A DNA stretch of 63,925 nt, filler included, from Octopus bimaculoides (lineage: Eukaryota), in the NCBI RefSeq assembly GCF_001194135.2. It is 10 parts of 9 records of this genome, joined end to end, with 100 filler letters (N's around TTAATTAATTAA, not from the genome) between each part and the next. Parts side by side here need not be neighbours in the genome. Positions count along the whole stretch, not along the records: positions 33,432 to 52,811 come from NC_068997.1; positions 52,912 to 57,360 come from NC_068988.1; positions 57,461 to 59,409 come from NW_026401637.1; positions 59,510 to 60,896 come from NC_068993.1; positions 60,997 to 62,106 come from NC_069006.1; positions 62,207 to 63,925 come from NC_068983.1; 4 more parts are not named here. The stretch is one strand, 5' to 3'. Positions 51,545 to 63,925 of this stretch are shown one piece after another. Every line of letters begins with the position of its first letter. Positions within the stretch are counted from its first letter, which is position 1. The position numbers and the translations under genes were made by a program. The notes beneath the pieces are model-generated. The model was not told the origin of the DNA. It saw only the letters and a program-made list of their open reading frames with translations, and searched no databases.

Positions 51545-52932
51545 TATGTGTATAATTTGCATATTACTCATATATATATAAATATGTAATATATATTCGC
51601 ATGTATGCATAAACGCACATGTGAGTGTGTCTATTTATATGAGGTATATTCTCGGGTCTTTCTGCCTATATGTTTGCATGCCAAATGGAGGCAAACACTT
51701 TCAAATCTAACATTTTCATTATGGAATAATTCACTTTTGATTGTATATTAAAGTTTAGTCTGGGTGTGCAGTCACACATCAATTTCAGATATATATATTC
51801 TATTTACCATTATTAGTTCATTTTTTTTTTTCATTTATCTCTTTTCAACCTTTCGTACCACCACCTTTTCTTTTTACTTTATTTACACCAAACAATCAAT
51901 GAACTTCACTTAATAGTTCATTTACCAATCAAGCACTCGCTTGATGTATGCGTCATTCACTATCTTTCATTCGGCGTTCTCATATAACCAAGTGCTACAC
52001 AGTTCTATACATACATACATACATGCATACATACATGTATACATACATACATACATATGCATGCATACATACACTTACACATATATGTGTTTCTTATTGT
52101 TACCATTGTCGTTACTATTATTATTATCAAATATTATTATTATGTTTATAAATACAAAAGAAAGAAACTGAGACTTTTCCTCTTCTTGTACTGTAGACAT
52201 TATTATTTTTTACTATTATTAACACTATTATCCTACGAAAATAACTGTCCGTTTGCCCAAATTTGAAACGATAGTTGCTTTTATTATTAAGCAGCAAGTT
52301 CAGATTCCGCCGGGGTCGATTTGACTTTCATCCTTTCGGGGTCGATAAATTAAGTACCAGTTGAATACAGGGATCAATATAATCGAATTACACCTCCCCC
52401 AAATTTCAGCGCTTGTTTCTATAGTAGAAAAGGTTATTAGGCAGCAAGTTGGTAGAATCGTTAGCAAGTTCGACGAAATGCTTAGTGGTATTTTCCTTCT
52501 GGGTTCAGATTCCGATTAGGGCGACTTTCCTTTTCATCCTTTCGAGAGGTCGATAAAATAAGGAAATAGGTGAGCGCTGCGGTCGATGTAGTCGATTTAC
52601 CCGCTCGCAGCAAAAATTGTTGGTCTTGCGCCAAGATTTGAAACCGTTGTTATTATCATTAATGTTGACAGTGACGAAAGAGGAAGAGAAGAAGGGGAGG
52701 AGGAGGAGGAGGAGGAGGAGAAGAAGAAGAAGAAGAAGAAGAAGAAGAAGAAGAAGAAGAAGAAGAAGAAGAAGAAGAAGAAGAAGAAGAAGAAGAAGAA
52801 GAAGAAGAAGANNNNNNNNNNNNNNNNNNNNNNNNNNNNNNNNNNNNNNNNNNNNTTAATTAATTAANNNNNNNNNNNNNNNNNNNNNNNNNNNNNNNNN
52901 NNNNNNNNNNNTATATATATACTTATATATAC

Positions 52933-52973
<41 letters not shown>

Positions 52974-54094
52974 AGTATTGATATATTTATTATCATGTGT
53001 GCAGTAGGTGTATGGTGTGAATAAAGACGTGTTTGATATTTACTTCGGCAACCACATGCATTGCTTGGTCGTTCGATGTACCAGCACTCCAGACTAGATG
53101 AATGTCAGTATTCTCTGAGAAAAATATATGGTGAGTAACGATTGTGATACAAGAAGTTAGAGGTTGACAGTTTTGAGGGTATCTCTTGGTACAAGAGACG
53201 ATGGTTCGTTGATATATTGTCCTTTGTGGTATGTGCTAGTGAGTGTTTGTGTGTGTGTGCACGCGCGTAAGTGTGTGTGTGTGTGTGTGCGTTTTTGCGT
53301 GTTTATGTTGTATGTGTTTGAGTTCTCACTTTAGTGAACGATTGTCAATGTCCCGTGGTGTTGGTGTGTGATTTGTGGAGTGTATGAAGCTTGTTTTGTG
53401 TGATGAGTGTGTGTATTTAGGCAAACGATGTAGTGTATTTAAACATATAGATTAAAACCAGCTTAATGGACCATAGATAAAAGTTGGAGAGAGCGCAAAG
53501 TGGCCGGCTGTAATTGATTTAGCAAATAGGATTATAGATGGCTATGTATGTGAATGGAAATGACTGAAAAAAAGATGGATCGCCGTTTCTTGAACAATTT
53601 TGATCGGTTTTGTTCTCTATTACGGCCAAACTGAATTTAACAGTAATGTTAAATATGGTGACGATAACAGTGAACTAACATGGGAGTCCCTACGAGTTTA
53701 CTAGGATAAGAAATAAACAACAGCGAAACCGCTCTGAGATAATAATTTGTTCTTTTGTATAAGGAAAACATACGTTATATAATCTAGTCCTAGAAAAACC
53801 TAAAATAAAAAATAGTCCTTAAAGGAAAATCTTTTGATCGTAGATCAGCTCAATGTGGGAGCATGCGGAGCTGAATAATTTCATTATCAATAACAACAAA
53901 GATAACAAAGATGATGACAAGAATATAATTGATGACGATGGTGATTGTAATAAAGACTGGTGATAACAAATATGATGACGAGTAAAACAACGACTGCAAT
54001 GTCAATAACGAATATAATTAAAATTAGACATGGTAATGTTGATTGTGATGAAAGGGAGGGGGAGGGTGAGTAGGGAACAGAAGGAACTGATGAC

Positions 54095-54152
<58 letters not shown>

Positions 54153-55366
54153 GCGATGGCGACAACAATGACGACGACGACGACGGAGGTAGTGGGGTGA
54201 GGGTAGTGGTTTAGGTAGCAGTAGTATTGGTGGTAGTGATGTAGGATAATGATGTTACTGGCAAGAATGATGGAGATCAAAATAACGACGAATGTGATAG
54301 CATGAAGTTGATAATAGCGTCAGAAACAACGACGTGAAAGATGATAACATGGGCGACGACGACAACGACGACGATGACGATGACAACGACGACGATGATG
54401 ATGATCATAACACCGCCACCACCGCCACCACCGTCACCACCACTACGCAGTTCACGATGAAGATAACGACGAGTACAACGGTGCTGACGAGTACAACGGT
54501 GACGACGTGTACATCAGCTTATACAGAATGAGTAAATAATTCCGTACTGCTTTTAATGGGTTTTCGTTTCCTGGTTGTTTCGGCCACGTAGTGATTATAG
54601 ATTGGATATATAAGATTAGTTGCGATCAGAATACAACTGAAAGCGTAGATGAGGCAGAGCAATTCTGTAAAGATTTCTATGTTGTCAAATTGCCAAAGTT
54701 AAGTCAGTAGCAACGCCGATCACTGCTGTGATGAGATGAACTACGTTGAATCCATTTCGGGAACTATTTTAATTACTGTCTATATTTGTCAAATAGGAAG
54801 GCGTTGCAGAGAACATCGATGTGATATGACAATTAATTCTAATGTTGTTTGTTAGCTTTCATCATCAATGTTTCATCTTGTACTGTTGTAGATGAATATC
54901 AAACTCAAACGATGAATCAATAAATTCTTATTCAAATGCATAATTTTGTCAACTTGTTTATATTTTCGTGTATATTTGTATTCCGTTGATGTTGTTTTGT
55001 TTGCTCTTATTCAATTTCCTTTATGTATATAAGACTTTTCTGTTGAAGAGAAAAGATTATTAACAATTGGTTCACACGTGCATCTCGTACAACAATGTCT
55101 TTAGCCATAACCCTCAAGTAAAGGAAAACTGCCTAACTTTTCCAACCAAAAGAAGGAATCAGTGCGATTTTCAAGATGGATTCAGTCGATAGCCCGATCC
55201 GTCTAACAAACGTCCAACGAAATCATTAATAACCAGATATTGAATGGTTGCTTGCAAAACTGTTCAACCTCTCTGCACGAATATATATGTATATATATAT
55301 GTGTGTGTGTGTACATATATCTATGTAATTACGTATACATACCTATATAAGTATACTACTATATAT

Positions 55367-56550
55367 ACTAGCAAATCCACCCATCTACGATGGAGGCATA
55401 AAATGAGGTAGGGAAGTCATAACACCAGTATGTATTGAGAAGTGTGTAAATGAACTTGATAAATTGCTGGGTGATGTCTTCGAGAAATCACTTTATTGTT
55501 GATGATACAGTATTCTATTGCAGCTATATGATGTGTTTGCGACTAAGTGACATGTGATGACGATTTACTCCCGAACTGAAATAGGCTCCCTGCCTTTGTA
55601 TCGGGAATGGTTAAGTGGACCAAACCTAATGAAGCCACTTCATCCTTTCAACCACTACATAAAAAGTATTAAGAAGGAAATGTTATTTAGATATACTTTT
55701 ATTTTCGTTGCTTACACTATTTTAGGCTTGTTTATACTCTAATACATTGAAAGTTCACACATTTTCTTATTTAAACTATGAATCATATTCCTTTCGATAA
55801 TATCAATATGATTACAAAACTACTTTTTAGACGATATATTCTGTTTGGTCGACACTAGCTTTCAAATTACTGGAGTCCGTTGCTCTACTCATAGCGACGT
55901 ATAAGTGGCCGTGTGTAAACATCGGAGTGTGTAAAAATACACTTAACACAATCTACAGTCTGGCTCTGTGCCTTGTTTGATGTGAATGCGCGAACGGCAT
56001 CTTTCAGAATCTGCCCATCGACGATAGGAAACAAAGGGATATTATCGCAAATTTAAACCCACTAAATTCACGAACTATACGGTGATTGTGGGAGGAAATC
56101 CAGAGTTAATCCTCGTCGCCGGAATATTAATAAAACAAAAATCAAAGGTGATTTATTAATACAAAATTCAGTATCCACTCAATGATCATACTTTTTCACA
56201 TTTTCTCCTGATTACCTCCTTCGTAATCCCTAGAAACTTCGCACCATTGGTCCGGCGATTTCACTGTAAAAAGGAAACAGACGGGCATACGCCCATTATA
56301 GTAAGAAGTTGACTTACTTCCCCTTTGCTTCTTCCATTAGTTATCTCCCACTTAATTTTTACTTACTTATTTTACGCCCGGAAAGTGAACAATTACCCTC
56401 CATATTCACTAAATAATCATACTTTTTCACATTTTGGTTTTGCTAAAACCTTTCTGATTACCTCTTTGATAATCCCGAAAAGCATCGTCACAATTGGTCC
56501 AGCCGATTGACCGTGAAGAGGGTACAGACAGACGGACATAACGCCAAGTC
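55367..56550 (+). mobile_element. Non-autonomous Helentron/DINE-1 (Lep1)-like element with duplicated 3' end
   Basis: 5' ACTAGC plus hairpin ccatc-tac-gatgg. Two similar 3' modules, about 56170-56308 and 56400-56550 (attggtcc(a/g)gc..acagac). Confidence 0.5.
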
Positions 56551-57275
56551 TTTGTGTGTGTATGTGTGTGTGTGTGTTTGTATGTATATGGAGATGTATA
56601 AGTGTGTATACACACACACACATATGAATTTATGTATGTAAACATATATGTACACATATTTTTTCAGAAGTCAGACATGTATAGTAATAAACAAACGGAT
56701 ATACTCGCATATGTGTTTATATATGTAAATATTTGTGTGTATAAATATATTGTCATATAAGCATTAACATATATTTATATGTAAATATACACATGTGTGT
56801 GTGTAAGCGTACGTATGCATATATAGGCTGCGTGGGCATGTATGATTTAATTTCTAATCCTAGTTGTTGAGTGATTTGCATGCTAGGAAATTATCACAAG
56901 AAAAAGCATAACATAGAAAATAATGAATTTAGCATCAGTGCTACATGTATTAGTTAGACGGAATGGAGCTTATAACATTCAAGGAGTCTTTACGTAACCT
57001 CATTTTGTTCTTTTCTTTATGTGTCTCGCTTTCTGTGTTTTAGTATTGTAAATGTATTATTATCGCTGTTGTTGTTGTTATTGCTGCAAATGATCGTAAT
57101 TATAGCAATAATAGTAATAGCAACAATGCAAATAACGACTGCAATATAATAATACATATAATAACAGTAATACTAATAATAATAATTGTATTAATCTAGT
57201 GTCTTCTATACCTCTTACTCACCGACATATATACACACATATATGTATATGTACATATATATATATATGTATGTT

Positions 57276-57322
<47 letters not shown>

Positions 57323-57460
57323 ACACACACATAACTGGATGCATAAAAACAGACATTCCTNNNNNNNNNNNNNNNNNNNNNNNNNNNNNNNNNNNNNNNN
57401 NNNNTTAATTAATTAANNNNNNNNNNNNNNNNNNNNNNNNNNNNNNNNNNNNNNNNNNNN

Positions 57461-58259
57461 TGCCATGTTCTTTGCCTGTGAGGAACCTAGCGGAAACTCC
57501 TCTCTACCTTACTTCTTGGAGGCAACAGATATCGACACATTTCCGTTCAAGCATCTCAACAATCTCACCAAACCTACCTTTCAGTGTGCTGACGTTGAGA
57601 GTGCCAACCTTGAGGGTGTGTGAGGTATGGGCCCGTGAGACCCTGGGACGGGGACCTTCTCTTTGTGGCTGGTGACTTCAATGGACATGTTGGACAACAT
57701 ACAGGGTGCTTCCATGGCGTACATGGAGGCTATGGCTTTGGTTCCCATGATGAGGAGGGAACCAGGCTGCTGGAGTTCTGTGATGCAAATGACCTTATGG
57801 TCTGCAATACTAACTTCAGGAAACCTGCCAGTCACCTGGTCACCTACCGTTCTGGCAGACACAATAGCCAAATTGACGACATCCTCACCAGAAAAAGGGA
57901 AGGATGGCTGCTTATAAATACCAAAACCTTCCCAGGCAAAGAATGTACCCCACAACATGGACTGGTAGTTAGTGACTTTAGAATCAGGGCTAAGTGGTTG
58001 CCCAGAAGACGACCAGCATGGAGGAGAAGGGTCTGGAAGCTTAAAGATCCTGTGAATGGACAGAGATTTAGAGACATATTACTCGAAGCCTTTGATGAAA
58101 TAGAAGGGGATATAACTTCACACGATGTAGAAGACAACTGGAGGTTTCTATGGGACAGCCTGCTGAGGGCCACTGACCAGATCTGTGGATGGTGCAAAGT
58201 CCCCTCTCGACCCAAAATAATGTGGTGGTGGAACAATGTTGTTGATGGGGTTATTAGAG
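57461..58259 (+). mobile_element. RTE-clade LINE, APE endonuclease region
   Basis: VAGDFNGHVG..HGGYGFG...EGTRLLEFC..DLMVCNTNFRK...TYRSG...QIDDIL...QHGLVVSDF...RVWKLKDP. Runs into a gap. Confidence 0.93.
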
Positions 58260-59509
58260 NNNNNNNNNNNNNNNNNNNNNNNNNNNNNNNNNNNNNNNNN
58301 NNNNNNNNNNNNNNNNNNNNNNNNNNNNNNNNNNNNNNNNNNNNNNNNNNNNNNNNNNNNNNNNNNNNNNNNNNNNNNNNNNNNNNNNNNNNNNNNNNNN
58401 NNNNNNNNNNNNNNNNNNNNNNNNNNNNNNNNNNNNNNNNNNNNNNNNNNNNNNNNNNNNNNNNNNNNNNNNNNNNNNNNNNNNNNNNNNNNNNNNNNNN
58501 NNNNNNNNNNNNNNNNNNNNNNNNNNNNNNNNNNNNNNNNNNNNNNNNNNNNNNNNNNNNNNNNNNNNNNNNNNNNNNNNNNNNNNNNNNNNNNNNNNNN
58601 NNNNNNNNNNNNNNNNNNNNNNNNNNNNNNNNNNNNNNNNNNNNNNNNNNNNNNNNNNNNNNNNNNNNNNNNNNNNNNNNNNNNNNNNNNNNNNNNNNNN
58701 NNNNNNNNNNNNNNNNNNNNNNNNNNNNNNNNNNNNNNNNNNNNNNNNNNNNNNNNNNNNNNNNNNNNNNNNNNNNNNNNNNNNNNNNNNNNNNNNNNNN
58801 NNNNNNNNNNNNNNNNNNNNNNNNNNNNNNNNNNNNNNNNNNNNNNNNNNNNNNNNNNNNNNNNNNNNNNNNNNNNNNNNNNNNNNNNNNNNNNNNNNNN
58901 NNNNNNNNNNNNNNNNNNNNNNNNNNNNNNNNNNNNNNNNNNNNNNNNNNNNNNNNNNNNNNNNNNNNNNNNNNNNNNNNNNNNNNNNNNNNNNNNNNNN
59001 NNNNNNNNNNNNNNGCAATTATAACATGCGTTTTCTCCATTCCTTAAATTTTTAAATATACTCAAATACCCAAAATTTCAAGGAGTTCCTGCCTTAAAAA
59101 CAGGAACTACACCACAGTTATTTTGTGTTCTTTGCTACATTGGTTTCTATTAACCCATTTATTCTATCCGAAGAATCTTTATTCATTAAGATAGAAGAAA
59201 TACATATAATTATATATATATATATATATCGAACTAATTTCGACGGATGGTACCCATGCCAACGTTGTCTCCCTTATTGGACACAGAAACTTGGCTTGCG
59301 AAGACCTGTTGAGGCAAACGAAAACGAAATCGTGATGGCATGTGTAAGGACATTTGAGTGAGATCGTTGCCAGTGCCGATGGACTGGTTCCTGTGCAGGT
59401 GGCACGTAANNNNNNNNNNNNNNNNNNNNNNNNNNNNNNNNNNNNNNNNNNNNTTAATTAATTAANNNNNNNNNNNNNNNNNNNNNNNNNNNNNNNNNNN
59501 NNNNNNNNN

Positions 59510-59554
<45 letters not shown>

Positions 59555-59920
59555 TGGCACTCCATCGGTTATGACGTTGAGGGTTCCAGTTGATCCAATC
59601 AATGGAACAGCCTGCTCATGAAATTAACGTGCAAGTGGCTGAGCACTCCACAGACATGCATACCCTTAATGTAGTTCTTGGGAAGATGAGTGACAAGGCT
59701 GGCCCTTTGAAATACAAGTACAACAGAAACAGGCAGAACGAGTGAGAGAAAGTCGTGGTGAAAGAGTACAGCAGGATTTGCCATCACTCCCTGCCAGAGC
59801 CACGTGGAGCTTTAGGTGTTTTCACTCAATAAACACTTACAACGTCCAATCTGGGAATTGAAACCACGATCCTACGACCACGAGTCCACTGCCCTAACCA
59901 CTGGGCCATTGAACCTCCAT
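59555..59920 (-). mobile_element. tRNA-derived SINE family D
   Basis: Near-collinear with 48184-48540. Confidence 0.85.
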
Positions 59921-60568
59921 ATATATATTATCCAAAGTGTTCAGTATTATATAACCATTACAGCCAATGTTACCAATTGGTTTCGTGATGGAGATTCAAT
60001 GGAACATTGGGTAACAATGCAATGATGTAATTCTGCACTCATCAGAGGTAGCCAATGTGGGATGAAATATGGTGACTGTTCTCTATTGTTGGAGGTGAAT
60101 GAACACAACTGGTTTGCAGTTGCTGTGAAAAAGATGATGAAATGAAACAAGTAGGAGACTGAGTTAAAAGTTGTGTCCCTTGGTACACAGACGTTGTCAC
60201 TGGGGTGGTTATGTTGCAAAAGTGTTCTGGAAGTGTTTGTAGGAAATGTGTGTGTCTTGAAGGTTGGTGTTCTCGTGGAAATGGAATTTGTGTAATGGTA
60301 CTATATGTATAGCCTTTTTTATGTATTGGTTAAGTTCGTGAGGTTTTTATGTATGCGTGTGGTGTATGCAAGGGTACAATGTGTGTGGGAGTATATAATG
60401 GGGGTGAGTGGAAAACTATTGGTTTATACTATTTAGTAGTGATTCAAATTCAAAGCATTTATCATTCCAAATGATGAAGCACTCATCCATATCTTTCCCA
60501 GTTCTCTCTTATATAATAGTAAAATGGGTATCCATATTTTTGTAATGATACTTCATATATAGTTAATT

Positions 60569-60600
60569 ACTAGCAGTATAGCCCGGCTTTGCCCGGGATT
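60569..60600 (+). mobile_element. Helentron-like 5' terminus
   Basis: t|ACTAGCAGTATAGCCCGGCTTTGCCCGGG with a cccgg/ccggg hairpin. The 3' end was not located because of gaps. Confidence 0.5.
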
Positions 60601-62206
60601 AAGTTGGAATTATTAAGCTAATCAAGTTCTTTATTTCAAACCAAACTAAGTAACATGACGTCAAATTTGGGCAGAATCAGTGTTGCAACTAGAGCGCATG
60701 GGTTGGGAGTTTGATCGGCAGAGGTGATCAGGTTACACATGCCATCCCTTTGAAAACACCACCGCCATCATCTAACCCCTCTTTGCCCATGGGTTAGGAA
60801 CCCTTCCAGCAAGGAAAATAGAATGACCAAAAGGGCTCCCGATTCTCTGTGTTAGAAGCAGTTCTGTTCAGATCACAACGAAGTCTTAAGTATATANNNN
60901 NNNNNNNNNNNNNNNNNNNNNNNNNNNNNNNNNNNNNNNNTTAATTAATTAANNNNNNNNNNNNNNNNNNNNNNNNNNNNNNNNNNNNNNNNNNNNGTGT
61001 CATTCGAAGCCCCACACGTCATGGGAAAGGAAAAAGTTACGGAAGCAGTGGGTCGTAGCGCTGGGGTGGAGGAATAAAAATAGAAATTTAAAAAAAAAAG
61101 ACAGAAAAGAAAAGGGAAAAAATTATTTTTGTTTTTTCCAAAATCGTAATTTCCGTTGTATTAAAGGAGTCAAGAAAATGATGGAGGTGGGGAGGGGGTT
61201 AACCTTTTCCATCTCTCCCTCCCCATAAAGCATGGGAGATCTAGTCAGAAACTCCACCAAATTTCACTTATCTGATCTTAATTCGAGTTATCTTCCCTGC
61301 CATGTGTTTTTTTTTTTGTTCTATGTTCTTTATCTAGCTTTTTTAAACAACCCCGCCCCACATAGGAAGCTTTTGCCTACTAATTGCATAGATAAAAATG
61401 ATTTCATCACATCTAAGTTTTTTTTTTCCAACTAACCATATTAAGTAGCGGAAGAGGAGGGGTTTAGTAATGCTCAACTGGGACTTAGTTTACTGACCCC
61501 CAAAAGGATAGAAAAGTGAAGTCGACCTCGGCAGAATTTGAACTCGCGACGTAACTGCTTTGTAGCATTTCATCGAGCGTGCTAACGATTCTGCTTGTTA
61601 GTCGCCTTGAGAACGGAGCGGGGGAATAATAATACAATGATTAAAAAGCTGCGGTTAACCTAAATTATCCATATAAGCAATCGACAAAATTCCCTGCAGG
61701 GGTGTTTGAAATTCTTTAAAATGGAGATAAAGAAACGGGAGATGATGATGGAAGTTTTTGAGACGATATATAAAAAGTGCAGATTGCCATGGATCTGGTC
61801 TTTAAATTAACATGCTATTAATTAGTTAACTCTCATATATTCATGATGTCATATTCATATTTCTTTAATTGCGAAAAGAAGGATTACCGTTGTCATTTCT
61901 GGTTTATGATTAATAGTGAATGTGGCTGTATACGTGAATGTGTGTGTGTATGTATATATGTGTGTGTATATGTGTGTATGTTTGTATGTGTGTATATATG
62001 TGTGTGAATGTATGAATGTGTGCATGTATGTCTCTGTGTATGTATATGTATATGTGTATGTAGTATGTGTGTATGTATGTGTGCATGTATGTAGTCCAAG
62101 GTTGGTNNNNNNNNNNNNNNNNNNNNNNNNNNNNNNNNNNNNNNNNNNNNTTAATTAATTAANNNNNNNNNNNNNNNNNNNNNNNNNNNNNNNNNNNNNN
62201 NNNNNN

Positions 62207-62243
<37 letters not shown>

Positions 62244-62278
62244 AGTGGCATGTGTATGTAAGGGAGGGAGAGATAGAT

Positions 62279-62322
<44 letters not shown>

Positions 62323-63863
62323 GGTATTTTTTTCTGTTTGCTTGCTGCTTACCACACAGACGCTGGCAAACAAAATGTATCTCTCCTTCACCCTCCCTCT
62401 CACAAACATACAATTTCTCTCTCTCTCTACTTCATGTGCGTACGCACAGATTTGACTTCACCATGTCAGCAAACTTCAAAATTGGTAAAAGTTTATCGAT
62501 TTTTACGGGTATACGCGGGTACCTCTGAGAGAGAAAGTTCACTAATATGCACATAAGGTCATTCCGAATCTTCTCCTAAAATTGGAGCGACATGCGTGCT
62601 AATTTGTGGACGTGCATAAACCACATTCACGTACACACACACACACAAACATCCTCTCTTTTATATATATATATACAGATTATATACATAATTATAACAA
62701 AAGATTAGCAAAAACGCCTCTCCCCGTGCTGAAAATAAACGCCAATTGGCGCTAAAATCACCTTAAAAACTCTAAAAAGACAGGTAGTAGTGGAGCAAAA
62801 GAAAGATAATTAAACTTTTGGTTAATCGCGTATAAGATTTAATTTCAAGCTAAAAGGTAAAAAATATACCTACTGCTCAGCGTCGATATTCTGTTGTATA
62901 AATGTGCAAGTATCTACACATACCTACACGAGCAGCGCCGTCCCACAGCAATTTGTGTACACACTTGCAAAAATATACAGCAAAAATAGAAATTATATTT
63001 TTCTCTTCAACCACGTGTTATATATCAAAATAATGATGCAATGAATGCAACTTTGATCCGGAGTAAAAATTTTCATATATTAATTATATAATAAATGATG
63101 AAATCATTCATGATTGTATCAGGAGGTATTAGGCAAATTTACCTATAAGATTTTTATCATGAATGATTTTATCCTTTATTATATAATTACAAAAAGAAAA
63201 ATATTATATAAATACAAAAACACACAGCTAGCTTATAAAACATCGCCTCCGTACACACACCCATGCGCACACACACAATGAGGGAGCTTAGGCAATACAC
63301 CCATAATGTCGTCTCTGACATAGAAATGAAAATATGAGATAGTCACGACCGGAACGCTTTTAATCATAGATCACCTCGACAATGATTAACCTGGGGGATA
63401 AACCATAGCATTTACACATACACACATTAACACGCACGCGCGCGCATGCACACACATAAATACATACAAACACAAGAACACGTACACACATTAACACGCA
63501 CATATCGACTTTCAAGATCACACACACACTCATATATCTCACAAGACATACTCATACACACGTGTACGCTCACAAACATAAAACATATACTTACACACAC
63601 ACATAGACATTCGCACAAATATTCACATGCTTACACACATAAGAATACGTACATATATGCAGAAACACTCAGTACTCACAAGAACACGCATATACATAGC
63701 AATTCTCAGCATGGAGTTTGAACAACGGCAACCATTGATTGCTGAAACATTTCAGTGATACGTTGTATTGTTATATCCAATGTTTGTCGAGTGATTCTCT
63801 TGTCTCTGTTGAACTCGTTTGGGTTGTCTAAACACATTTTACCTTTTTACCCCACTTCTCTCG

Positions 63864-63925
<62 letters not shown>

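Overview
AT-rich, microsatellite- and transposon-dense animal genomic DNA from a gapped draft assembly. There are nine 100-bp N44-TTAATTAATTAA-N44 spacer gaps plus sized gaps. Repeat families and composition suggest an octopus (coleoid cephalopod); this is an inference. Two protein-coding loci are supported. (1) Seven phase-compatible + strand exons (1408-7723, 880 nt) of a SANBR/KIAA1841 orthologue; its 5' and 3' exons were not found in the window. (2) A - strand von Willebrand factor A (vWA) domain locus at about 13.3-21 kb, built from tandem-duplicated units, with one open vWA exon and one multiply frameshifted copy. The rest is mostly mobile DNA: four SINE-like families, RTE and other LINE fragments, a Penelope-like RT remnant, a MULE deletion derivative, TTAA MITEs and Helentron-like ends. 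Most ORFs in the supplied track are microsatellite or N-gap artefacts. The most notable non-routine signals are: minimal type I hammerhead ribozyme folds (36680-36722 +, 3856-3936 -); a 538-bp foldback element with a T-shaped double-hairpin apex (17212-17749); inverted SINEs bracketing five SANBR exons that would give a 666-nt stop-free circle; and sharp CpG-rich/CpG-poor domains. No wholly new multi-gene system is demonstrated. All similarity calls are from pattern recognition and memory, not database searches.
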